DNA of 64,000 bases from Pyrinomonadaceae bacterium. Lineage in GTDB: Bacteria > Acidobacteriota > Blastocatellia > Pyrinomonadales > Pyrinomonadaceae. Below are positions 38,085-52,000 of this stretch, piece after piece (position 1 is the first letter of the stretch; the number at the start of each line of letters is the position of its first letter). A model generated the notes under the pieces. The model did not search any database, was not told the origin of the DNA, and saw only the letters and a list, made by a program, of their open reading frames with translations. The position numbers and the translations under genes are program-made. Where the stretch lies: NCBI GenBank assembly GCA_046313635.1, contig JBKBYA010000003.1, forward strand, positions 32,001 to 96,000, given 5' to 3'.

Positions 38085-41000
38085 TTGATGAGAAATAAGT
38101 TCCGCAGCGTCTTGCTGTGCATCGTCACGGCCCTGGCGTTTTCACTCTCGGCCTCATCCCAGGACCTCGACGATGTGACCATCGCCGGCAAGGTCACCGA
38201 CTCTAATCGCCAGGCGGTCGCGGGCGCAACGGTCACCGTCACGTCCGTCGACTCAGGCTCGACCCGCACCGTGACGACCGACGACGAGGGACGATATCGC
38301 GTCATCGAACTCAGGCCCGGCAACTACCGGGTAAAGGTCGAATCGCCCGGCTTCGGCGTCCAGGAAAAGATCGACATCCAGACCATCTCGGGCCAGAACG
38401 TCCAGCTCGACTTCACGATGCTGCCCGCCGGGGTTACCGCTCAGCAGACCGTGACCGCGGCGGATGACGACGTTCCGGCCGTCGACTCGACGCGCACGGT
38501 GGTCGGCGGCACCGTCGGCCAGCGCGAGGTCGAGGAGCTGCCAAATACTAGCCGGGACGCTCTCGACCTGATCTTTACGCTCGGCGGCGTGACCGAGGAG
38601 CCGCTGTCGACGCGAGATCTCTCGACCGACAAGGGCGGCAGGGGCGAGACCGCGCCCCGCAATTCGCCCGAGGAGGCGGGCGTCTTCTCGCTGAGCGGCG
38701 GCGCGGCCTACTCTAACAACATCACGATCGACGGGCTGGACAACAACGACGATCGCGTCGCGGGCTACCGCTTTCAGCCGTCGATCGAGTCGATCGCCGA
38801 GGTGCAGGTGATCAACAATCAGTTCTCTGCCGAATACGGGCGAGCGTCGGGCGGCCGCGTGAACATCCGCACCAGGGCCGGCGGCCGGAAGTTTCGAGGG
38901 CGCGCTTTCTACTTTTTCGGCGACGAGAGCCTCAATGCAAACTCGTGGAGCAACAACCGGCGCAACGTGCCTCGCTATCCCTTTCAGCAGCATATCCCCG
39001 GATTTACTTTTGGCGGGCCGATACCGGTCGGGTACTTCAAGAACAAGACGTCTTTCTTTACGTCGTACGAGTACGATTACATTTACGACACGACGATCAC
39101 CGATACCTGGATCCCGCTCGCTCCCAACCCGCGCTTTCCGCTGCCCGCGCCGACGTCGAGCGAGACGATCACTGACTTTGGCAGTCCGCTCGGCCGTTAC
39201 GTCGACGGCAGCGACACGCCGCGAAAGGTACATCGCTTTACCGCACGCGGCGATCATAACTTTACCGGCAATCACTCGATCACGGTCGGCTACCAGTTTG
39301 GCAAGACGAACGACAAGCGGCAGTTCAACGGCGGCAACCGTCTCGCCGAGGCGCTCATCGGCCGCAGAAGCAATACGCACGCGATCAACTTCACGGACAA
39401 TCTCGTGCTCAGCGCAAAGTCGGTGAACCAATTCCGCTTCCAGTGGTCGAGGCTCTCGCCCGCCTTCGTCGCGTCGGGGCAGTTTACCAATCCGGTCGTC
39501 CTGATCAGTTTTCGCGAACCAGGGCTGACCTTTAATACGACGCTCACGTCGGGCTCGTCCACGCTCGGCACGTCCGACCGGCGCGAAGAGCGGATGCAGT
39601 TTCAGGATACGTTCACACACATCGTCGGCAGCCACTCGCTGCGGTTCGGCTTTGACGTCCAGCGCGTTGACTCGACCTACATCGATCTGAGCGACGCGAC
39701 GGGCACGTATAACTTCGCCGACCCGCTGTCGACCACGACGGTGCCCCAATGCCTGACCAATCCTTCGCAGCCGCCGGGGCCGAGCAATCCGCGCATTCGC
39801 GGCGGCGTCAACACGTTTCCGCGCAGCTGCGTCACGCGCTACCGGCACAATTTTTTCACCAATTCGGACATAACCAATACCTACTCGGGCTTTTTTGTTC
39901 AGGACGATTGGCGTCTGAACGACAGTCTCAATCTCTCATTCGGACTTCGCTACGAGCGTGAATCGGTGGTCGACGACAACAACAACTGGGGGCCGCGTGC
40001 AGCCGTGGCGTGGTCGCCGTGGGGCGATCGCAAGGGCGTCATCCGTTTCGGCGCCGGCATCTTTTACAATCGAGTTCTGCTTCGAACGGTCGACGATTAT
40101 CGACGCGGCCAGAACGAGATCATCTTTGACACTAATCGCGTCACGACGACCGGCAACGCCCGCGACGTCTATCTGCGGGCGCTGAGCGATATGTTCCCCG
40201 CGGTGCTGACGCCGGATCATCCGCTCGTGCAGCAGTACATCGCCGCGGGCCTCAACGACAACAGCTTTTTCCGGAGCCTCGATCCAAATATCAAGATCCC
40301 GGAGAGCTATCAGTTCAATCTGGGCTTTGAGCGTGAGATCGGCGGAGGTTTTGTCTTTGAGGCGAATGCGACGCTCAACAAGACCGTCCGTCTGTGGCGT
40401 GAGACCAATACCAACGCTCCGGTGATACCGGCGGGCTACACCGATCTCGCCGACTACCTCGTCCGCGGGATAACGACGGGAACGACGCGCTTCGAATTTG
40501 CCGGTGTCACGGCTCCGCCGTCCAGGGTCGACGGCGGCGTGACCTACTACAACCTGAACGACCAGGGAACCTCTACCGCATCGACCACGCCTTACGGGCG
40601 AGCGCTTGCGATCGCCGCCTCTCTTAGGCCGAGACCTTCTGTCGGGCAGACCGAGGAGGTCGGTTCGATGGGCAGCTCTTACTATCGCGGATTCATCTTT
40701 GAACTTCGGCGCCGAATGAGAAAGCTCGGCTACGGCTTTGGCGGCTCGCTCCGCGCCGTCTACACGCTGTCGTGGACCAACGACGACGGCATCGTCAACA
40801 CCTCCTCGGCACAGATCCCCGGAAACTTTGACGCCGAGTGGTCGCGCAGTCTGATCGACCGCCGTCACCGGTTAGCGCTGTCGGGCACGTTCGATACGCC
40901 GTGGTGGCTCGGCCGGCTCAGGTTTTCGCCGCTCGTTCGGATAGCGTCGGGAGCACCATTCAACATCTCGAACGGCGGCGAGACATCGGACGATCGGAAT

Positions 41001-41420
41001 TTGGACGACGTGAACAGCGACCGCCCAAACTTTGCAGGCGATCCGAACAATATCAACTGGCGTCGGGTCACCGATCCTTTCGACGTCTCGCTGTTCCGGC
41101 AGTTCTCGCTCGCCCCGATCGGCCGGGCGGGCAACCTGCCGCGAAACGCCGGGCGCGGCCCCTCGCAGTTCATTTTTGACCTGAACGTCAGCCGTGAGTT
41201 CAAGTTCGGCGAGAGGGTCAAGCTGCGGCCGTCGGCCGAGATCAACAACGTGGGGAACTGGACCGTTTACAGCTACGGCTCGGAATTCATCAATTTCCCC
41301 GACGCCAGCCCGACGTTGACCGACGACCAGATACGGGCGCTGCAGCAGAACGTCTTTTTGGTTCCGACGAGATCGCTGCGGCCTCGAACGATAAGGTTTG
41401 GCCTGCGACTGGATTTCTGA
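38085..41420 (+). CDS. TonB-dependent receptor (Oar-like, N-terminal carboxypeptidase-regulatory-like domain)
   Basis: Signal peptide, TDDEGRYR, NITIDGLDNND, FSAEYGRASGG, FVQDDWR, C-terminal RFGLRLDF. Confidence 0.92.
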   Translation: MMRNKFRSVLLCIVTALAFSLSASSQDLDDVTIAGKVTDSNRQAVAGATVTVTSVDSGSTRTVTTDDEGRYRVIELRPGNYRVKVESPGFGVQEKIDIQTISGQNVQLDFTMLPAGVTAQQTVTAADDDVPAVDSTRTVVGGTVGQREVEELPNTSRDALDLIFTLGGVTEEPLSTRDLSTDKGGRGETAPRNSPEEAGVFSLSGGAAYSNNITIDGLDNNDDRVAGYRFQPSIESIAEVQVINNQFSAEYGRASGGRVNIRTRAGGRKFRGRAFYFFGDESLNANSWSNNRRNVPRYPFQQHIPGFTFGGPIPVGYFKNKTSFFTSYEYDYIYDTTITDTWIPLAPNPRFPLPAPTSSETITDFGSPLGRYVDGSDTPRKVHRFTARGDHNFTGNHSITVGYQFGKTNDKRQFNGGNRLAEALIGRRSNTHAINFTDNLVLSAKSVNQFRFQWSRLSPAFVASGQFTNPVVLISFREPGLTFNTTLTSGSSTLGTSDRREERMQFQDTFTHIVGSHSLRFGFDVQRVDSTYIDLSDATGTYNFADPLSTTTVPQCLTNPSQPPGPSNPRIRGGVNTFPRSCVTRYRHNFFTNSDITNTYSGFFVQDDWRLNDSLNLSFGLRYERESVVDDNNNWGPRAAVAWSPWGDRKGVIRFGAGIFYNRVLLRTVDDYRRGQNEIIFDTNRVTTTGNARDVYLRALSDMFPAVLTPDHPLVQQYIAAGLNDNSFFRSLDPNIKIPESYQFNLGFEREIGGGFVFEANATLNKTVRLWRETNTNAPVIPAGYTDLADYLVRGITTGTTRFEFAGVTAPPSRVDGGVTYYNLNDQGTSTASTTPYGRALAIAASLRPRPSVGQTEEVGSMGSSYYRGFIFELRRRMRKLGYGFGGSLRAVYTLSWTNDDGIVNTSSAQIPGNFDAEWSRSLIDRRHRLALSGTFDTPWWLGRLRFSPLVRIASGAPFNISNGGETSDDRNLDDVNSDRPNFAGDPNNINWRRVTDPFDVSLFRQFSLAPIGRAGNLPRNAGRGPSQFIFDLNVSREFKFGERVKLRPSAEINNVGNWTVYSYGSEFINFPDASPTLTDDQIRALQQNVFLVPTRSLRPRTIRFGLRLDF

Positions 41421-41440
41421 TCCCGCTTTCAGATCGAAAG

Positions 41441-41475
41441 AGAGGCTGTCTGAAAAGGCAGCCTCTTGTTCGTTT
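41441..41475 (+). terminator. intrinsic terminator-like hairpin
   Basis: AGAGGCTGTCT-GAAA-AGGCAGCCTCT followed by TGTTCGTTT. Confidence 0.7.
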
Positions 41476-41727
41476 GGCTTGACGCGGCTTCGCGCTTCCA
41501 TCTCTTCGAGGCCGTGCCTCTCCCGAGGACCGAGGCTTAGCCTCCGGGATGCGGCGCTGCCAAATGCAAAAGGCTGCTCTTTTCGGACAGCCTCTTTTGC
41601 GGAGGCAAAAGTGGCTGTCAAATTGACCGATTCCGGCGCCGCGGCGGCCCGAAAAGGTGGTTATCAACCGACGGCCGGTATGGTAGCTTATTTATGGCTT
41701 TCGCCCTCGTCCCCCGCCCCTCGCAGT

Positions 41728-42492
41728 ATGAACCAGGCAGTCGATAGGAATTCCGTCCCGTTTACAGAAGTGTCGGTCGAGTCTGTACTGCTCGACGCCG
41801 ACCTTTTTATCAAGTACAGCTCGCCCGACAAGGCATTCTCGCTGCTGCGCGAGTCGCTCGACCGCAGCCCGCGCTCGATACCGCTTCGCGAGAAGATGCG
41901 CGACCTGTGCATCAAGCAAAAAAATCTCGAGGAGGCCGCCAAGCAGTGCCTCGCGCTCGTCAGTCTCTACATCGCTCGCGAGGATTTCAATATCGCTTAC
42001 GACCGCCTGCAAGAGGCGAAGCTGCTCGACCCGCGCATCTCTGTCGCGCCCGGCCTCGAGGCGATCCGCCGTGCCCGCCGGCCCGAATTCTCGACCCGCG
42101 ACAAGGTGCCGCAAAAGGTTCGCACCGATGTCACGTTTGCCGGCAACCTGAGCTACGTGTCGATCTTTGACGCCGTGCAGGTGATCGAGAATTCAAAGAT
42201 GACGGGCCTGCTCGTCATCAAATCAGACGTGCATTTTGCGAGCGTCTCGTTCAACGAGGGCAAGATCGTCGACGCCGAATGCGACGGCAAGAACGGTCAC
42301 AAGGCGTTCAAAGACATCATCGAAATATCGGTCGGCACGTTCGAATTTACGACCTCCGAACACGAGTTTATCGTCGTGATAAACGTCTCGAGCAATACGA
42401 ATTTTATGCTCGACGTCCTCACCGAGCTCGACAACGAACGAGCCGAAGCCCAGGGCCTCAAGGAAAAAGAACCTGAATCGATCGAGTGGTAG
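41728..42492 (+). CDS. TPR-like plus DUF4388 domain protein
   Basis: C-terminal FAGNLSYVSIFDAVQVIENSKMTGLL...FNEGKIVDA...GTFEF; start moved to ATG 41728. Confidence 0.8.
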   Translation: MNQAVDRNSVPFTEVSVESVLLDADLFIKYSSPDKAFSLLRESLDRSPRSIPLREKMRDLCIKQKNLEEAAKQCLALVSLYIAREDFNIAYDRLQEAKLLDPRISVAPGLEAIRRARRPEFSTRDKVPQKVRTDVTFAGNLSYVSIFDAVQVIENSKMTGLLVIKSDVHFASVSFNEGKIVDAECDGKNGHKAFKDIIEISVGTFEFTTSEHEFIVVINVSSNTNFMLDVLTELDNERAEAQGLKEKEPESIEW

Positions 42493-42533
42493 GCAACGGC
42501 CGCCCAAGACACACCCAAGCGAACGCGAGCTTG

Positions 42534-42613
42534 ACCGCAGATGACGCGGAGAGCACGGATCAAGAGCAGAAACATTCCGTCTCTTGATCCGCGCTTTCTG
42601 CTTTGTCCGCGGT
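42534..42613. repeat. inverted pair of degenerate 9-mer arrays
   Basis: ACCGCAGAT GACGCGGAG AGCACGGAT CAAGAG ... CTCTTG ATCCGCGCT TTCTGCTTT GTCCGCGGT; perfect inner stem GGATCAAGAG/CTCTTGATCC. Confidence 0.78.
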
Positions 42614-42825
42614 TTATCACGCCGGCGGTGGAAGACGACTTCGCACGTTCGACGCGCCCGACGTCTCTCGTAGTGCTCCCAACAGCCGCCGCCACGCTCC
42701 GAACTTATGCATTTTCACGGTCAGAGCGAGCCGGAATTCGGGCCGCGTTTGGTTGACTTCGCCGCCCTTGACCCACAAAATATAGGGCTGTCCAGCAGGA
42801 TAAGCCCATTTACAAGTACTAAAAG

Positions 42826-46659
<3,834 letters not shown>

Positions 46660-46791
46660 CGGCTAAAAGGTGACGCGAGCCTTTGTGCTCGGTCGGTTCA
46701 TTTTGGATCTGGCGAATGCCGCGGCCGAACTTGACCTCTCGCCGCGGCATCGAAGTTTGTGGCTGAACGCGGGGGCTGCGGCGATGTATCG

Positions 46792-47628
46792 ATGTTGAGA
46801 GATTCTCGGATCACCAGTTTGTTTTTGTGCGTCGCGGCTGCGGTATTGCTTGCCGCGGCCGCGGCACACGCGCAGACGACCAAGCGAAACTCTCGGCCGC
46901 AAAACCCCGCAGCTCCTGCGACCAAGCCTTCGCCCACACCTGCGGCCGCGACCGATCCGTCGGCGCCGAGCGGCACAAACGCACCCGAGAAGAAGAACGG
47001 GCGCCCGGCAGACACGCGTTCGAGATCGAACGCGGCGCCGTCGCCGAGCGGCACGCGCTACACGTACGAATTCTCGCGGCCCGAATTTCCCGTCCCGCAC
47101 GTCCTGATCGTTCACGACGAGACCGGAAAGGGCACGATCACCTTTGCACGGAAAGGCTCGGACGACGAACAGACCGACCCGGTCGCGCTTGCCGACGCGA
47201 CCCTGAAAAAGATCAACGACGCACTGGCCGCGCTCGACTTTTTGGACTCGACGGCAAACTACCAGTACGAAAAGGATTACTCGCATCTCGGCAGCATCAC
47301 GTTTACTTACCGCAAGGCAGACCGCGAGCGGACGGTCAAATTCAACTGGACGACCAACGTCAACGCCCGCACGATCGCCGACGAATATCGCAAGATCTCA
47401 AACCAGTACGTCTGGCAGTTTGATATGGCGGTCGCTCTCGAAAATCAGCCGCTCGAGGCACCGAAGCTGATGGACACGCTCGACAGCTTCCTCCGCCGCG
47501 GCGAGATCTCAGACCCGCCGCAGATGCTGCCGCTGCTGAAGCGGCTCGCGAATGACGAGCGCATTCCGCTGATCGCACGCAACCACGCCGCCAAGCTCGC
47601 CGCAAAAATAGAGAAGGACAAAAAATAA
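46792..47628 (+). CDS. secreted hypothetical protein
   Basis: Signal peptide, Pro-rich linker, globular C-terminus; host-like codon usage. Confidence 0.75.
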   Translation: MLRDSRITSLFLCVAAAVLLAAAAAHAQTTKRNSRPQNPAAPATKPSPTPAAATDPSAPSGTNAPEKKNGRPADTRSRSNAAPSPSGTRYTYEFSRPEFPVPHVLIVHDETGKGTITFARKGSDDEQTDPVALADATLKKINDALAALDFLDSTANYQYEKDYSHLGSITFTYRKADRERTVKFNWTTNVNARTIADEYRKISNQYVWQFDMAVALENQPLEAPKLMDTLDSFLRRGEISDPPQMLPLLKRLANDERIPLIARNHAAKLAAKIEKDKK

Positions 47629-47674
47629 GGCGGCGCACACTAGCGCCGCCGATCTCAACTTGATCGAGCCGTGG

Positions 47675-48868
47675 CTATTTCATCGTTACGGTTCCATCGT
47701 CGGCGATGCGCGCCGCCGACGGGCCAAAGTCGGCGGTCGACAATTCACGCAGCTTCCTGATCGCCGCGCCGGTTGGATCGAGTGCGGGGATGCCGCGGCC
47801 TTCCTGCCTGGTCGGAACGATCTTGCCCGTGATGAATCGCCCGTCAGAGCCGAGCGTGAACTCGAAGATCGCCGAGATGCCCTGCGCGCCTTTGAGATTG
47901 AACATTCCGTACGTCGCAAAGTTGCCCATCGAGTAGGCAACCGGCTTGCCCTTGTAAAACTCGATCCCGCGCAGCACGTGCGGGCCGTGGCCGAGGACGA
48001 GATCCGCGCCGGCGTCGATCACAGTTCGTGCAAATAGCGGCAGGTTGCCGCGCTTTTCGTTGCCGAGCATCTCCAGCCGCCGCGGCACGTGCTGGTACGC
48101 CTCGCCCTCGGCTCCGCCGTGGAATGAGACGATGACAATATCGGCCTTCTTTCGCGCGGCCGCAACGTAGTCGCGCGCCGCGTCGAGCTCGTTGACGTTC
48201 GGCACGATCGCATTGTGCGCGAATGCGACGACCGCGACCTTTACGCCCTTGACGTCGAGATACGCTGTAGGGAATTGCGAGCGGTCGGAGCCCGCATGCT
48301 TGATGCCGAGCGCGTCGAGGACGCGGCGTGTGCTTGCGCGGCCCTCTTCGCCGAAGTCGTTCGCGTGGTTGTTGGCCAGACTTAAGACGTCAAATCCGGC
48401 GTCCTTGAGATACTGCCCGTAACGCGTCGGCGTGCGAAAGGCGAAGCAGCGGATCGGTTTTGTCGGTGCCGGAGATTTGACGGGTGGCGCGGCCGGTTCG
48501 ACACCTGTCTCGGCTTTGGGCCGCGGCGGCGGGCCGCACTTTTCGCTCACGCCGCCGTCGATGAGCGGGCCTTCGAGATTGCCAAAGGCAATGTCGGCCG
48601 CACTCAGCACGGGAGCGACTTCGTCGAGCATATCGCGGCCGTCATTCGGCGGCAGAAAAGTCTCGTTGATCGACGTCGACCCGAGCATTATGTCGCCGAC
48701 CGCGGCGATCGTGATCGACCCCGCCTTGTTAGGCGTCGGCGAAGCCTCGGCCATCTGCTCGGCGCTTGCACGCGGGGTCGTTACCTCGGCACTGCCGCCG
48801 CACGCAACGATCAGAATAAAGGCCGCGGCGAGCGCGACGGACGTTGTTAAAAGGAATTTCAACCGCAT
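47675..48868 (-). CDS. CapA/PGA_cap family lipoprotein
   Basis: AVGDIM, GNLEG, LANNH, FHGGAE, GHGPH, YSMGNF; lipobox-like IVAC. Confidence 0.92.
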   Translation of the reverse strand: MRLKFLLTTSVALAAAFILIVACGGSAEVTTPRASAEQMAEASPTPNKAGSITIAAVGDIMLGSTSINETFLPPNDGRDMLDEVAPVLSAADIAFGNLEGPLIDGGVSEKCGPPPRPKAETGVEPAAPPVKSPAPTKPIRCFAFRTPTRYGQYLKDAGFDVLSLANNHANDFGEEGRASTRRVLDALGIKHAGSDRSQFPTAYLDVKGVKVAVVAFAHNAIVPNVNELDAARDYVAAARKKADIVIVSFHGGAEGEAYQHVPRRLEMLGNEKRGNLPLFARTVIDAGADLVLGHGPHVLRGIEFYKGKPVAYSMGNFATYGMFNLKGAQGISAIFEFTLGSDGRFITGKIVPTRQEGRGIPALDPTGAAIRKLRELSTADFGPSAARIADDGTVTMK

Positions 48869-48942
48869 GGAACTAGTTCGCCGCTGCCGGTGACGCTCGA
48901 GTGCTTAGATGCAGCAGCCACTCAAGCTCGGGCATAAAGATG

Positions 48943-48977
48943 ATCGGCGAAGCGGTATTAAAACACGCTTCGCCGAT
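48943..48977 (-). terminator. perfect 12-bp hairpin downstream of kgd
   Basis: ATCGGCGAAGCG-11 nt-CGCTTCGCCGAT. Confidence 0.55.
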
Positions 48978-49068
48978 ATACAAAACGACGGCTGATCAAT
49001 TCTCCGGACCGCAGCGTCGTCGGCCGCAGGAGGAAGGATCTTACCTGGCATTGTAGCCCGTACACAGA

Positions 49069-52000
49069 CTACGAGCTCGCCGGAGCGATCTTGCTTGAGA
49101 CCTCGGGTTCGCTGGCGGCGGCGATCTCGTCGGTGTCGGTGCGGAGCGCCTCGTCGACGAGCGTCTTTTGCTCGAGTTCGTGGATGGCGTACGAGCCGGT
49201 CGCGGGCGACGCCGAGGCCTTGCGGCCGGCGTACCGGATCGTGGCGCTTTCCGGTTTGATCTCGCGAAGTCGGTCTTGGATGAACGTCCAACCGCCCATA
49301 TTCTTCGGCTCTTCCTGGGTCCAGACGATCTCGCGTGCGTTCGGGTACGAGGCAAATATGTTCCTGAGCGCCTCGACGGGCGTCGGGTAAAACTGCTCGA
49401 GCCGCACGACCGCGACCTTGCCGCTGAACTGCTCGGCCCGCGCCGCTTCGAGATCGTAAAAGACCTTGCCGCTGCACAGCACGACGCGGTTGACGGCGTT
49501 GCGGTCGGTGACCCGCGCGTCGTCGATCACGGGCCGGAATCCGCCGGTCTTGAGCTCGTCGATAGTCGAGCTCGCGGCCGGCAGACGCAAGAGACTCTTC
49601 GGCGTCATCACGACGAGCGGACGCATCACTTCCTGCTTTGCCTGCCGCCGCAGGAGGTGAAAGTACTGCGCCGGCGTCGTCGGGTAGCAGACCTGAATAT
49701 TGTTTTCGGCGCAGAGCTGCAGGTAGCGCTCGAGACGCGCCGACGAGTGCTCTGGGCCCTGGCCCTCGTAGCCGTGCGGCAGCAGCATCACGAGCCGGCA
49801 GGTCTGCTTCCACTTGTCTTCCGAAGCGGTGACATACTGGTCGATGATCACCTGCGCTCCGTTAGAGAAGTCGCCGAATTGCGCTTCCCACATCACGAGG
49901 CTGCGGGGCGAGTTCACCGAATAGCCGTATTCAAAGCCGAGCACGCCCTGCTCCGAGAGCGAGCTGTCAAAGACGTAGAATCTGGCGTTTGGGTTCGCGT
50001 CGTTGCGAAGCTCGGTGAGCGGCGACCAGCGCTCGCCGGTGAGCGTGTCGTACATCGACGCGTGCCGCTGCGAAAAGGTGCCGCGGCCCGAGTCCTGTCC
50101 GCTCAAACGTACCGGGTAACCCTCGAGCACGAGCGTGCCGATCGCCATCGCCTCGGCAAATCCCCAATCCATCGGCACCTCGCCCGTGCCCATCTTGGCG
50201 CGGCGCGCGAGCTGGTTGACCATCTTCGGGTTGATGTTGAATCCGGCCGGAACGAGCGACACGGCCTCCGACGCCTTTTGCAGCAGAGAGCCGTCGGCGC
50301 CGCTCTCAAAAATGGCCGATCCGTCCTCCTCGACAACCGCCGGCAGAGCGACCTCGGTTGCGGGGCGTTTGGCGGCGATGTCCTTGGCACGCTGCAAAAT
50401 GCCTTCGTACTTGTCGACGACCTTGCCGGTCATCGCCTTGAGATCGTCTTCACCGATCACGCCCTCGCGGATGAGCTGCTGCGCGTACAGATGCCGCGTT
50501 CCAGGATGGGCCTTGACGCGGGCGTACATCACGGGCTGCGTGTAGGTCGGCTCGTCACCCTCGTTGTGCCCGAGCCGGCGAAATCCGACGAGGTCGAGCA
50601 CGACGTCCTTTTTGAATTCGTGACGGTAGCCGAGCGCGATCTGGATGACGCGATACGCCGCCTCGGGATCGTCGCCGTTGATGTGAAAGACCGGAGCCTG
50701 AATGATGTGAGCCGCGTCGGTCGAGTAGATCGAGCTGCGCGACGACTCGGGCGAGGTCGTAAAGCCGATCTGGTTGTTGATGACGATATGCACCGTGCCG
50801 CCCGTGCGGTAGCCCGGCAGGTCGGCGAGCTGCAGCGTCTCCATCACGATGCCTTGCCCGGCGAATGCCGCGTCGCCATGCAGCAGCACCGGAAGCACGC
50901 GGTCGTACACCTGCTGGCGGTCGAGCCCCTCGCCGTTGCGAAGCTCGTCCTGACGAGCGCGGGCCATGCCCTCGACGACCGGATTGACGAATTCGAGATG
51001 GCTCGGGTTTGACGAGAGCGTGATCGTCACGTCCTTGCCGGCCCTGGTGTGACGTGTGCTGACGGCGCCCTGGTGATACTTTACGTCGCCCTCGTCGGCC
51101 GGGAAGTCGGGGTGCGACGTGCCTTCAAAGACCGTGAAGATCCGCTCGGCGAGATCGCCGGTCTCCGGATTGCCGACGATATTCGACAGCACGTTCAGGC
51201 GGCCGCGGTGGGCCATGCCCATGTAGATGTCGTCGACGCCGCGCGTGGCCGCTCCCTCGACGAGCTGGTCGAGCATCGGGATAACGGTCTCGCAGCCCTC
51301 GAGCGAGAACCGCTTTTGACCGAGATACTTCTTGTGCAGGAACTGCTCGAATTGCTCGGCCTCGATCAGTTTTTGCAAAAGTTCTTTTTTGATCTCGGGC
51401 GCGAGCGGCGTAGTGTCGACAAACTGCTCGCGGACCTGCGCACGGATCCACTCCTTCTCCTGCTTGCTCTGAATGTGCCGGTACTCGATGCCGACCTTGC
51501 CGCAGTACGCGCGGCGGAGGATGCCGAGGATGCGGCGGAGCGTCGCGGTCTTTTCGCCGTGCAGGCCGCCGGTGATGAATTCGCGATCGAGGTCCCAGAT
51601 CGTGAGGCCAAAGTTCTCGAGCTCGAGATCGGCGTCGAGATGGCTGGTCATATTCAGCGGATCGATGTCGGCGAGCAGGTGGCCGCGCGTGCGATACGCG
51701 TTGATGAGCTGAAGGACGTTGGCCTGTTTCTCGGCGAGCTCGCTGAAGCGGTCGCCGCCGAGCAGGCTCGGGTTGTAGTCGGGCGACCATCGCAGCGGCA
51801 GATAGTTGATCTCGAGCGAGTCAAAGATCTCGTCGTAAAAGTCGTGCTTGCCGACCAGGAACTCGTGAATGCGCGCCAGAAATAGTCCGCTCTCCGCGCC
51901 CTGTATCACGCGATGATCGTAGGTCGAGGTGAGCGTCACGGTCTTGCTGATGCCGAGCTGCGACAGAGCGGCCGGCGTCATCGCCTGGTACTCGGCCGGA

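Noticed and set aside
48896..48926. Second HAIR operator (CTCGAGT...ACTCAAG)
   Set aside because: The spacing is 17 nt rather than 7, and the downstream gene is not a heat-shock gene.
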